From Alphaproteobacteria bacterium (GTDB lineage Bacteria; Pseudomonadota; Alphaproteobacteria; GCA-2731375), in NCBI GenBank assembly GCA_965225945.1, contig CBDDBZ010000033.1:160001-224000 (forward strand): a stretch of 64,000 nucleotides of DNA, given 5' to 3'. The notes below the pieces were generated by a model. It did not search any database. It was not told the DNA's origin and worked only from the letters and a program-made list of their open reading frames with translations. Below, one piece after another: positions 10,929 through 20,784 of this stretch (positions within the stretch are counted from its first letter, which is position 1; every line of letters begins with the position of its first letter). A program made the translations under genes and the position numbers.

Positions 10929-11544
10929 GCGTCATTTCCACGTGAGCCCGCTGGCCCATCTCGGACTCGAGGCCCGTGCGGTGGCACGCCGGGGGACGGC
11001 CGGTATCGCCATGGCCGAGGAGCGCCGGCGGGTCCAACTGGCGTTGCGCGGCGAGGCCGGGGACACGGGGCTAATCGAGGCGGTGCGGCGCGTCGCCGGC
11101 GTGGCCCCGCCGCTCGCCGCCCATGGCGTGGCCCGCGCGGGCGACGCGACCATCCTCTGGCTCGGACCCGACGAATGGCTGGTCACGGCGCCGGGCGAGC
11201 GAAGCGATCTGGCGGCGCGCCTCGGCGAGGTGCTCGGCGCGCGGCACCATGCGGTCACCGACGTCACCGACAGCCGGACCCTCTTGCGCCTCGAAGGCAC
11301 GAGCGCGCGCGATCTGTTGGCCCAGGGCTGTTCGCTCGATTTCCACCCGAGCGTCTTCAAGCCCGGGCAGTGCGCCGCCAGCCGATTGGCGCTGGCCCAG
11401 GTCTTGATCCACCAGCTCTCCGAGGACGCGGCCGAGGGACCGGCTTACGAGATCTACGTGCACCGAAGCTACGCCGATTATCTCTGGCGCTGGCTGGAGA
11501 GCGCGAGCGAGGCCTATGGCTTCGCCGTGCTCGCCCCGGTCTGA
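10921..11544 (+). CDS. soxG: Sarcosine oxidase subunit gamma
   Basis: LWLGPDEWL, ARDLLAQGCSLDFHP, VHRSYADYLWRWL. Overlaps the soxA stop. Confidence 0.9.
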   Translation: MVERHFHVSPLAHLGLEARAVARRGTAGIAMAEERRRVQLALRGEAGDTGLIEAVRRVAGVAPPLAAHGVARAGDATILWLGPDEWLVTAPGERSDLAARLGEVLGARHHAVTDVTDSRTLLRLEGTSARDLLAQGCSLDFHPSVFKPGQCAASRLALAQVLIHQLSEDAAEGPAYEIYVHRSYADYLWRWLESASEAYGFAVLAPV

Positions 11545-11688
11545 CCGCCGGGCTCGAGGTCCGCCGCCGAGCCGCGTCCCAAAAACGGCCATGATCATTG
11601 TACTACGGCGCGGAAATCACGCAGCCGCCGGCGGCGCGGCGCAGGGCGCCCCACCGAAAATTGGGGACAGGACAATTGGGGACACCGA

Positions 11689-13100
11689 TGGAGTGCACCC
11701 CCTGGATGACACAAAGAATCAGGGACAGTTGGTTGTCATTTCCAGCGCCCGCCGGGCGGCGGTCTCTGGGGTGATGATGGTGTTTTCGAACTCCTCTGGT
11801 GATAGGTATCGAAGCGCCGAGTGGAGGCGCGTCTTGTTGTAGACCTCTTTGATGAAGCTGGCGATGTCGCTCTCGGCGTGGGCGATGTCCCGGTAGGGCC
11901 TGCCCTCAACCTCCTCTGTCTTCAAGGTCTTCATGAAGCTCTCCGCCATGGCGTTGTCGTAAGGGCAGGCGATCCGGCTCATCGAGGGCAGGATGCCATG
12001 GGCCTCCAGGCGGGCGATGTAGTCGCCGGAGGCATATTGAACGCCGCGATCGGAGTGATGCACCAGGCCATCGGGGATCACCTCGCGCTCCAGAAGCGCC
12101 ATATCCAAGGCCGCCAGCGTCAGGCTCGCCTTCAGATGATCGGCCAAGGCCCAGCCGATGACGCGCCGGCTGTGCGCATCGAGCACGACCGCCAGATAGG
12201 CGAAGCCCTCCAGCAAGCGAACATAGGTGATGTCGGCGACCCAGAGCTGGTTGGGGGCCGTCGTCTCCAACCGGCGCGCCAGGTTGGGATAGATCCGATA
12301 GCTATGCTTCGAGTCCGTGGTCGCCGGCGCGAAGCTCCGTCGACGCAGGCATAGCAGATTGTCCTCGCGCATCAAACGCAGCACCCGCTTGTGGTTGACG
12401 CTCCAGCCCTCGCGCCGCAACAGCGCCCCGATCCGCCGATAGCCGTAATGTTTGTTGTCGATCGCCAGGCGCTGGAGCTTATCGCGTAACGCCGTTTCCT
12501 CAGCCCTCGGCCTCGATGCCCGCCAATGGCGGTGAAAGCTCGATCGGCTCAGCCCCATCAGATCGCACATCCGTCCCATGCTCAATCCGCCTTGCCGCCG
12601 CGACCCGGCCCGGACGAGGCCGAAGACGCGCTCCCGCCAGAGCGACCGTTCGCTCCGCGGCAGCTCTCCGAGAGCCGCAAGGCTTGCCTGAAAAAATCCG
12701 CTTCCAAGGCCTGCTGGCCGACCTTCCGCTCCAGCTCGGCGATCCGCCGGCGCGCCAGGCTCAGGGCATCCGGCCGGACCGCCGGAACAGCACTTTCGGA
12801 CCCGGCGCGGAGGCCTTGCGCCCGCCTCCCTCCGACGACCGTGCTTCCCTTTCTGGGCCGGCCGGGCGGGCGCAAGGCCTCCGCGCCGCCCGCTCGGTAG
12901 GCATCGCGCCACTCGTAGAGCAGCTTGCGCCGGACCTCGAGCTCGCGTGACAGCGCCGAGACGTTCTCGCCCGACTCCATCCGCGCCAGCGCCGACAGCT
13001 TGAAGTCTCGGCTGAAACGCCGTGCACCTTTTCGTTCCATCAGTTCCTCCTCGGAAGAACTGTCACTCATTTCTCTGTGTCAGGACAGGGGTGCGGTCCA
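11689..13100 (-). mobile_element. IS3-family insertion sequence (orfA about 13040-12582; orfB 12579-11719)
   Basis: TG...CA ends with imperfect IRs (TGGAGTGCACCCCCTG / CAGGGGTGCGGTCCA). OrfA HTH (FSRDFKLSALAR). OrfB rve integrase with WVADITY, HHSDRGVQY and DNAMAESF. Confidence 0.92.
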
Positions 13101-13124
13101 ATACTGTCCCCGATTCCACCCGAT

Positions 13125-13258
13125 TCCCCAAGAGCTCAAGGACCGCATCATGGCCTACATCGACGATATCAACCTCGATCCTGTCGTCCACAAGTGGACC
13201 TACAAGCTCAAGCTCCAACAAGCGGCATAGGAGTCGATTCTTGGAAACGATGAACTAG
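13125..13258 (+). pseudogene. IS630-family transposase C-terminal remnant with right end
   Basis: ELKDRIMAYIDDINLDPVVHKWTY resembles the IS630 C-terminus; followed by ..GGAAACGATGAACTAG. Confidence 0.6.
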
Positions 13259-13282
13259 TGACGACCGCAACCCGATGTTAGG

Positions 13283-14011
13283 ATGGCTCCGGCCATGTCT
13301 AGAGCACGACTTGCAGAATTACTTCGTGACGCCGTCGCCGATCCCGAAAACAGTTTCAGCATCGGATCGCTCGGTGCCATCGCCGAGTTCCACCGTGATG
13401 CGGGCGAGCCGCTGACGCTCGACGCGCTCGAGAGGCTGTCGATCGCGACGCCACGCGGAGCGCTCGGCATCGATTTGAGAGCCGGTGTCGTCCCGATCAC
13501 TCATGAGGAAACGACTGACGAAGGCTCTTGCCGGCGGGCTGGCGAGACGCAAAGGGAAGTGCTCTTCTGCCTGCCGAGGGCCGCCGCCACCCGACACCGT
13601 AGAATCGTGCTGAGGGATCTCGGCCCGGATCATGACGCGATCCACGAGGCTGATCGAGCGGCGCTTCTTTTCGATCTGGGGCTTGGTGCTCTGAACGTCG
13701 ATTTTTGCATTCGAACCACGGATCGAACGCTGATCGAGTTGCTGAGGAAGGGCGTTGGAAGTTCCCTGTTCGGACCTGGGTCCCGGCTGTTTCCCGCCAT
13801 CGTCGATGCCAGCCCTGCTCGCATCGCGATTTCAGCCCTCGGGCGCATCGAGGTCTACCAGCCGATTGCCAAGACCAGCTCGCCGAGCGGTCCCCACACG
13901 CACGTGTTGCCGGAGCTGTTGAAAACCGGTCGGACGCATGCCCCCGGCACGCCCGTGCCGGACGGCTATCTCCCCTGTCTCTCGCTCTATTCCGCCAATC
14001 TTGCCGTCTGA
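13283..14011 (+). CDS. Conserved hypothetical protein (DUF6925-like)
   Basis: 242-aa ORF with SIGSLGAIAEFHRD, LFDLGLG and SPSGPHTHVLP motifs seen in proteobacterial hypothetical proteins. Confidence 0.6.
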   Translation: MAPAMSRARLAELLRDAVADPENSFSIGSLGAIAEFHRDAGEPLTLDALERLSIATPRGALGIDLRAGVVPITHEETTDEGSCRRAGETQREVLFCLPRAAATRHRRIVLRDLGPDHDAIHEADRAALLFDLGLGALNVDFCIRTTDRTLIELLRKGVGSSLFGPGSRLFPAIVDASPARIAISALGRIEVYQPIAKTSSPSGPHTHVLPELLKTGRTHAPGTPVPDGYLPCLSLYSANLAV

Positions 14012-14235
14012 TTGCCTGGCGCAAGGTAGGGGGGATAGGGGTGCGGTCCCGTTTTCCAATTCCATCCTTGCCTTATCTGCTCGACGCGTCCTTTCGCGGG
14101 CGGTCCTGGGGGCCACGATGCCCCAGCCCCGGGACCACGACAGGTGCCATATGTTGGATTCTATCCACTAGGGGACAGGACGGGCGCGTCGCGAGCTTCG
14201 GGTAGCATGCTTCAGAGACCTGGGGCGAGGCGAGG

Positions 14236-15193
14236 ATGGCAGCGAAAGGCGACGGCGTGATACCCGAGAGGCCTGACCAGAAGAGCGAGCTGATCGGGGC
14301 GCTCCGCCGTCACGTCTGGACGCTCGGCGGCGAGATCGGCGAACGCTCGGGGTTGCGAGGTGACGGACTGCAGCGCGCCGAGCACTATCTTCTGCAGGCG
14401 TTGCGCGCGACGGGGCTCGACGTCGCGGAGCAAGCCTATGAGTTTCGCGGACGGCGGGTGGCCAACCTGATCGCCGAGCTCCCCGGCGCTTCACCAGCCT
14501 CCGCGCCCTACGTCATCGGTGCCCATTACGATACCGTGATCGGGACGCCGGGGGCCGACGACAATGCCAGCGCCGTCGCGGTCCTGCTCGAACTCGCCCG
14601 CCGTGCCGCCGCGAGGCCACCTGGCATCGCGCTCCGCTTCGTCGCCTTCACGCTCGAGGAGTCGCCGGCATTCGCCAGCGAGCTCCAGGGCAGCCGGGTT
14701 TTCCTCCGTCGGCTCTTGCACTCGGGCGAGAGCGTCGCGGGCGCCATCGTCCTGGAGATGGTTCGGGATGACCACGCCGAGGCAATCCTATCCGGCCGTC
14801 CTGCGTTGGGCCGGTTATCCCGAAGCCGGCGATTTCATCGCTGTCGTCGCCAACCGCGCCTCGCGCGACTTCGGCCGACGGGTCATCGGGGCCATGCGCG
14901 GCAATCCGGCGCTGCCGGTCGAATCGCTGTTCGTCTGGCTCGACGGTCACTTCTTGCCCGACACCCGGCTGAGCGACCATTCGTCCTTTTGGGATCGAGG
15001 CATTCCGGCCTTGATGGTCACCGACACGGCCTATTTCCGCAATCCCCACTACCACGGTCCGGGCGATCGGCCCGAGACCCTGGATTACGATTTCATGGCC
15101 GAGCTGGTGCGGAGCCTGGGTTTGGCGCTGGAGGCGCTCGGCGCTGGCCGCTCGAGGGAAAGCCGCACGCCGGGCCCAGGGGCCCGACCGTGA
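14236..15193 (+). pseudogene. M28-family peptidase with one frameshift at about 14762
   Basis: IGAHYD, PGADDNASAVA and FTLEE in one frame; SDHSSFW...MVTDTAYFRNPHYH..D..ETLDY in another. An extra T in GAGATGGTTCGGG breaks the LEMVG motif. Confidence 0.85.
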
Positions 15194-15234
15194 CCCCTCG
15201 AGCGGCAGAGTATCTCACCGGCCTCCCGGCGCAC

Positions 15235-15382
15235 GGGTCATTCTACTTTTCGGCTGGTTCGCGGGGCCGGCCACGCGGTCTCGGGGTGGACTCGAGGCCG
15301 AGCCGACGGGCGGTGCGCGGCATGCGCCGATCCTAAAGCATCCGTTCCGCCAAATTAAAGTACAATGACCCCTTTTCCTTTT
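15235..15382 (-). repeat. Internally deleted RAYT/REP mini-element, copy A
   Basis: Bounded by inverted GGGTCATTCTACTTT / AAAGTACAATGACCC. Minus strand encodes [15 protein letters not shown]. Homologous to 24033-24261. Confidence 0.6.
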
Positions 15383-15398
15383 AGAAGGAGGATGACCC

Positions 15399-15449
15399 AT
15401 GCGCGAAGTCTATGCCGGCTTGGATGTTTCCGACAAGCAGACCCAGATG
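15399..15449 (+). pseudogene. IS110 transposase N-terminal stub
   Basis: AGGAGG RBS, then MREVYAGLDVSDKQT (IS110 DEDD N-terminal G.DVS motif); unrelated sequence follows. Confidence 0.5.
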
Positions 15450-15858
15450 AAAATTTCGGGGGCCAGTTCACCGTTTCCTCGGCGCCGGGCATCGAGGCCA
15501 CGCGAAATCGACAGAGAGCCACGTACCGCCCTTCATCCCGTGGGTTGTGGGGGCCACCACGGGAGGAAGGGCGGAACACGGTCGGAGCGGAGCCAATCGC
15601 CTTCCCGCCGCCGACGACCCACCTCAACTCTCTTGGTTTGCTCCAAGACATGGACGATCGACGTTTGCAAATCGGGGGCGTAGCCGTGCCCGATGAGCCA
15701 ATCAACAACGTCGTCGGCCGGCTCGAGCTGCTTGGCGGGTGGCGCGGTTTCGTACGGCACGCCCTGAGCGTCGAGGAACGCCCGCGCGGTGCCGGCACTG
15801 ATGGCGAAGTCCACGTTTTGCGGGATATAGCCGGGCGCCCGGGTGATCCGGATGGCGT

Positions 15859-16824
15859 TCAGCTTGCCCACGCCCACGGCATTGCCCGACCTGTCGAGCG
15901 CCGGCCCATGACGCCGTCGATCGGCCCGGCGTCATAGTCGAGCTTGGCGAGACCGGCCTGGATCCGGCTGACCGCCGACTTGTTCGCCGCGCCGCCGTCC
16001 GAGGCCCAGATCGGATCGCCGAGGTTGACCACGTCCTCGCGGGCGAGGCCGTCGGCCACCGCGCCGATCAGCACGCCTTGCAGCACCGAAAGGCCGGTGA
16101 CGTTGCCGAATTCGGCCTCGGCCAGCTTGATCTCCTGCGCCGTCGGCGCGCAAGAAAGCGACGTTTTCAGGTCCGCGGCTCGGGTCGAGGAACGGTAGCC
16201 CCGAGCGGCGACGAAGGCGCGGATGTTGGGAAGAAAATAGAGCGAGACGTCACGCCGGGCCCCCGAGCCCCGGTCGGTCCAGACCACCTTGTCGGCCACC
16301 AGGGGTTCGACCAGGCAATCGTTGACGCAGCGATAGTTCGGCTCCGCGGGCGCCTGGTAGCCGCGCGTGCCGACGTCGCCGAGACAGCTGAAGCCCTGCG
16401 GCGCCGTCGCGCGCCAGAACGAGCCATCCCGTTTGGCGCCGGAGCCCTTGTCCCTCCAGATCCGGTTCCAACCCAGGGGCGGCGCCAGCAAGCGTCGCCC
16501 GCCCTCGATGTTGGCGCCATCCGGCCGGACGATCGTTATGCAGCGGACGCGTCTCTTCTTGTAGGTCGCGATGGCGTAGTCGCCGAGCGTGAAAAAGCCC
16601 TCGGGCGGCACGACCCGATAGATTGCGACGTCCTTTTCGGCGCCCGAGCCCTTGTCGGTCCAGACCCGATTGTATTGGCAGCTCTCCTGGATCTGGAGAC
16701 GTTGCGTCGCGCGTTGCTCGACGGCCACGCGGTCCGCGAGCGCCGCCGGCGCCAGCAGCGCGGCGCCGGCGAACGAAAGTGCAGCGGCCAGGTATCGCAA
16801 CCGGCGATGGTCATATCGCATCAT
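15859..16824 (-). CDS. Secreted Vps62/DUF946-like repeat protein with a C-terminal peptidoglycan-binding domain; broken link to a trypsin-like tail (about 15880-15700)
   Basis: Signal peptide; three W(T/R)D(K/R)GSGA repeats with P.GF..LGD; IQAGLAKLDYDAGPIDGVMG. Downstream in another frame, PQNVDFAISAGTARAFLDAQGV is a trypsin-like protease C-terminus. Confidence 0.7.
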   Translation of the reverse strand: MMRYDHRRLRYLAAALSFAGAALLAPAALADRVAVEQRATQRLQIQESCQYNRVWTDKGSGAEKDVAIYRVVPPEGFFTLGDYAIATYKKRRVRCITIVRPDGANIEGGRRLLAPPLGWNRIWRDKGSGAKRDGSFWRATAPQGFSCLGDVGTRGYQAPAEPNYRCVNDCLVEPLVADKVVWTDRGSGARRDVSLYFLPNIRAFVAARGYRSSTRAADLKTSLSCAPTAQEIKLAEAEFGNVTGLSVLQGVLIGAVADGLAREDVVNLGDPIWASDGGAANKSAVSRIQAGLAKLDYDAGPIDGVMGRRSTGRAMPWAWAS

Positions 16825-16985
16825 TCCCCCGATCCGTGGACGCAAGCTCCCCTCGCGCCGCGATGGCGCCGTCCCCAGTGTACCACGTAGCGAAATGGTC
16901 GGAGAAAGCCGTGGGCCGGGCATTTTCGAGAGTGAGGGGGATTCGGGGGCCATCTCCCCGTATCCCAGCGCGAGGCCGGCCGAAC

Positions 16986-18668
16986 CTACGATCGACGCCG
17001 TGCCGCCGTCGCCTCGGCGTCGATGCGGCCGCTCGCCCCGACGACGCAGCCATAGTCCCGCGTGGCGCCCTCGATCGAGACATGGCCCTGATCGAGGTCG
17101 CGTTGCACCTCGGCGACCGGCCGGGCGCGCGGATCGCCGAAGCCGCCGCCGCCCGCTTCCCGCATCACCGCCTGGTCTCCGGGCGCCAGCACCAGCCGGC
17201 CCTTGGGATCGGCGGCCGCGCCGTTCAACAGATAACGCCGAACGGCGCCGTCGCCACCGCCGCCGAAGCCCCGGGCCGGGAACTCGGTCCGCTGGCCCAT
17301 CAGGGCGAAGTCGACCAGGTGGCCGGTATCGTTGCGGAACACCGTCTCCTGCCCCGGGCCACCACGCCAGGTGCCGGGGCCGCCGGAATCCGCCAGGATC
17401 TCTCGGCGCTCGATGGTCATGGAGGTCAGGTTCTCCCAGATCTCCGTCGGCACCACCGTCATGTTGGACGGCGCCGGCGTCACCGCGCGGCCGTCGATGC
17501 CCTGGAGCGCGCCGAAGCCGCCGGCCAGGAAGAAGAGGCTGGAGATCTCCTCGCCATCCTGGTCATGGCCTTGCACGCTGAAGACGTTCATCATCGAAAC
17601 GTCGGCCTGCACGCGCTCCGGCAGCGCCGGCTCCAGCGCCCCCATCAACAGCGGCACGATGAAATGGCCGACCGAGTGGCGCCCGCCCGTGGGCCAGGGC
17701 GGTTGCACGTTCAGGATCGAGCCCTCCGGCGCGCGCACGTCGATAGGGCGCACCGCGCCCTCGTTGTTGGGCAGCGAGGGAATGGTCAGGCACTTGATCA
17801 CGTAATAGCTCTGCGCCCGGGTGTAGCAGAGCGGCACGTTGATCGAGGCGCGAACCGGACCATCGGTACCGCTGAAGTCGATGGCGATATGCGCGCCCTC
17901 GACCTCCACCCTGGCGGCGAGGCCGATGGGTGCTTCGCGCCCCTCGATCCGGATTTCGTTGGCGTAGACGCCATCCGGGATCGTCAGAATCTCGTCGCGC
18001 ATGGCCTTGGCGGCGTGGTCGTTGATGGCGTCCGACAGCGCGCTCAACTCGTCGAGGCCGTATTCGTCCATGAACTCCAGCAGCGCCCTGCCGCCGACCT
18101 CGTTGCAACTGACGTTGGCCATGATGTCGCCGATCACCTGCTCCGGCACCCGGACGTTCATCCTGACGACGTCGAGCAGCAGTTGGTTCATCACGCCCTT
18201 TTCGGCCAGCTTGCAGACCGGAAAGCGCAGGCCTTCCTGGTAGACCTCGGTGCAGGTCGACGACATGCCGGCGCCGCCGATGTCGGGCAGGTGGGTGACG
18301 CTCATGGTGTAGCCGACCAGCCGCTCGTCCCGGAATACCGGCCGCATCACGTTGATGTCGAAGAGGTGGCCGGTGCCCATCCAGGGGTCGTTGGTCATCA
18401 CGATGTCGCCGGGGGCGAGCGTCTCCGGGGGACAGTCGCGAAGCATGTGGGCGAGCGTCTGTGGTGCCGTGCCGGTGAAGGAGGGGACGGAGTAGTTGCC
18501 CTGGGCGATCATCCGGCCCCGGTGATCGAACAGGATGCAGGAAAGGTCGTAGCCCTCGCGCACGTTGATCGAGAAGGAGGTCCGTACCAGCGACAACACC
18601 ACCTCGTCGGCGATGGAGACCAGGCGGTCCCAGAGGATCTTCAGGCTGATCGGATCGAAGCGTTGCAT
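16986..18668 (-). CDS. Hydantoinase B/oxoprolinase family protein
   Basis: RTSFSINVREGYDLSC, NDPWMGTGHLFD, DSGGPGTWRGG, GGGGFGDP. Confidence 0.93.
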   Translation of the reverse strand: MQRFDPISLKILWDRLVSIADEVVLSLVRTSFSINVREGYDLSCILFDHRGRMIAQGNYSVPSFTGTAPQTLAHMLRDCPPETLAPGDIVMTNDPWMGTGHLFDINVMRPVFRDERLVGYTMSVTHLPDIGGAGMSSTCTEVYQEGLRFPVCKLAEKGVMNQLLLDVVRMNVRVPEQVIGDIMANVSCNEVGGRALLEFMDEYGLDELSALSDAINDHAAKAMRDEILTIPDGVYANEIRIEGREAPIGLAARVEVEGAHIAIDFSGTDGPVRASINVPLCYTRAQSYYVIKCLTIPSLPNNEGAVRPIDVRAPEGSILNVQPPWPTGGRHSVGHFIVPLLMGALEPALPERVQADVSMMNVFSVQGHDQDGEEISSLFFLAGGFGALQGIDGRAVTPAPSNMTVVPTEIWENLTSMTIERREILADSGGPGTWRGGPGQETVFRNDTGHLVDFALMGQRTEFPARGFGGGGDGAVRRYLLNGAAADPKGRLVLAPGDQAVMREAGGGGFGDPRARPVAEVQRDLDQGHVSIEGATRDYGCVVGASGRIDAEATAARRRS

Positions 18669-18682
18669 ATTCCAATTCCTCG

Positions 18683-20773
18683 TTAATCGGCCGCGAGTTC
18701 GGCGATCAGGTTGCCGAAGGAATCGATCGTGGCGCGCTCGCCCGGGCCGAGGACGCTGGTCGACTCGTCCTCCTGGATCAGCGCCGGTCCCTCGACCACC
18801 GCGCCCGACGCCAGGGCATAGCGGTCCAGCACCGGACAATCGACATAGGCTTCGTCTCGAGGGAACCAGCACCGCGCTTGGGCGAGCACGCCATCCTCGG
18901 CCCTGGGCGGATGGGGTGGACGGTAGCCTTTCGCCAGGTCAGGCCGGGGGCCGCGCGCCTCGATCTTCCAGTTGACGATCTCGATTTCGTTGTCGAGGAA
19001 GCTGGTGGCGAAAACGGCCTCGTAGCTCGCCCGGAACAGTTCGCCGAGCTGCCCGTGGGCGGCCGCGTCGTCGAGCCCGTCCGGCAGATCGACCTCCACC
19101 TCGTAGCCCTGTCCGAGGTAGCGCATGTCGAGACGGCGGGTGATGCGGATCTCGTCCTCGGCGATGCCGGCGGCGCGGAGCAGGTCGCGCGCCTGGGCGA
19201 GGAGCGGGGCGAAGCCTTCGGCCAAATCCGCCGGGCCGGTTCGCGCCAGGCGCGCGCGGTGGGAGCGCAGGCTGGCGAAGGTGAGCGGGGTGGCCAATAG
19301 GCCGATCGCCGACATCACCCCGGCACCGGCGGGGAAGATCACCTTCGGGATCCTGAGCTTGCGGGCAATCCTGAGCGCGTGCATCGGCCCGGAGCCGCCG
19401 AAGGCGACCATCGCCGAGCGGCGATAGTCGAAGCCGATCTCGGAGGCGTGCTCGCGGAAGGCGCGGGCGACGTCCTCGTTGATGACCTCGTGGATGCCCC
19501 AGGCGGCCCGTGTTGTCGCCACCTCGAGCGGCCCGCCCACCTCGGCCGCCAGCACCCGCTCGGCGCTTGCGACATCCAGGCCCATGCGGCCGCCCAGGAA
19601 CCGTTCCGGCACCAGATAGCCGAGCGCCAGGTTGGCGTCGGTCAGCGTCGCGCGCATCCCCCCCCGGCCGTAGCACGCGGGTCCCGGATCGGCGCCCGCG
19701 CTCCTCGGCCCGACGGCGAGCAGGCGGCGCGCGTCGACGCTCGCGATGGAGCCACCGCCGGCGCCGATCTCGATCATGTCGATTACGGGTATGCGGAGCG
19801 GCAATCCGCTGCCCGGCTTGAAATTGTGCACGCGGGCCACTTCGAGCTGGTATTTACGCAGCGGTTCGCCCTCGCGGATCAGCGCGCCCTTGGCCGTGGT
19901 CCCGCCCATGTCGAAGGAGAGCAGCTCCCCCTCGCCCAGCATCTCGCCCAGCAGCGCCGCCATCAGGGCGCCCGCCGCCGGCCCGCTCTCGATCAGCCTG
20001 ACGGGAAAGCGCCGGGCCGTCTCCGCCGTCACGGTGCCGCCGCTCGAGGTCATGATCAGGAAGCTGCCTTGGAAGCCGAGCCCGGCGAGACCCCCTTCGA
20101 GATGGCCGATATAGCGGTTGGTCAGCGGCTGCACATAGGCGTTGATCGTGGTCGTCGACCAGCGCTCGTACTCCCGCATGAAGGGCAGCACCTCGGCCGA
20201 GGTGGTGACGAAGAGATCGGGAAAGGCCGCCTCCACCGCCGCCCGCGCGGCGCGCTCGTGGCTGTCGTCGGCATAGCTGTGGAGGAAGCAGATCGCCAGC
20301 GCCTCGATGCCGTGCCGCTCGACCAGTTCGCGGGCGCCGGCCACGGCCGCCGCCGGGTCGAGCGCCGTCATCACCCGGCCGTCGTGGCCGAGCCGTTCGT
20401 CGATCTCGAAGCGGAGCGCGCGGGGCACCACCGGTTCGGCGAAGACCAGGCGGAGATCGAACAGGTCGTAGCGCCGCTCCATGGCGATATCGAGGACGTC
20501 GCGGAAGCCGGCGCTGACCAGCATGCCGGTCTTGGCCCCCGTGCGCTCGATCACCGCGTTGGTGACCAGCGTGGTGCCGTGGATCACGCTGGCCAGCGCG
20601 GCGATGTCGACGCCGTCGCGCGCCAGCATCTCCTCTAGGCCCCAGAGCACGGCCTCGGAGGGATCGTCGGGCGTCGTCAACGTCTTGTGGACGCTAAGCT
20701 CGCCGCTGTCGTCGTCGACCAGGGCGAAATCTGTGAAGGTGCCGCCGATGTCGATCCCCAGCCGATGGGCCAT
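18683..20773 (-). CDS. Hydantoinase A/oxoprolinase family protein
   Basis: GIDIGGTFTD, HGTTLVTNA, ESGPAAG, DMGGTTAK, GPRSAGADPGPACYG. Confidence 0.93.
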   Translation of the reverse strand: MAHRLGIDIGGTFTDFALVDDDSGELSVHKTLTTPDDPSEAVLWGLEEMLARDGVDIAALASVIHGTTLVTNAVIERTGAKTGMLVSAGFRDVLDIAMERRYDLFDLRLVFAEPVVPRALRFEIDERLGHDGRVMTALDPAAAVAGARELVERHGIEALAICFLHSYADDSHERAARAAVEAAFPDLFVTTSAEVLPFMREYERWSTTTINAYVQPLTNRYIGHLEGGLAGLGFQGSFLIMTSSGGTVTAETARRFPVRLIESGPAAGALMAALLGEMLGEGELLSFDMGGTTAKGALIREGEPLRKYQLEVARVHNFKPGSGLPLRIPVIDMIEIGAGGGSIASVDARRLLAVGPRSAGADPGPACYGRGGMRATLTDANLALGYLVPERFLGGRMGLDVASAERVLAAEVGGPLEVATTRAAWGIHEVINEDVARAFREHASEIGFDYRRSAMVAFGGSGPMHALRIARKLRIPKVIFPAGAGVMSAIGLLATPLTFASLRSHRARLARTGPADLAEGFAPLLAQARDLLRAAGIAEDEIRITRRLDMRYLGQGYEVEVDLPDGLDDAAAHGQLGELFRASYEAVFATSFLDNEIEIVNWKIEARGPRPDLAKGYRPPHPPRAEDGVLAQARCWFPRDEAYVDCPVLDRYALASGAVVEGPALIQEDESTSVLGPGERATIDSFGNLIAELAAD

Positions 20774-20784
20774 GGCCTCGCTCC

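Noticed and set aside
14755-14770. Programmed frameshifting in the M28 peptidase, istA (about 28346) and IS256-A (about 26688)
   Set aside because: Each is a single duplicated base with no slippery motif, and the sister IS copies lack it. Long-read indel error or recent decay is more likely.
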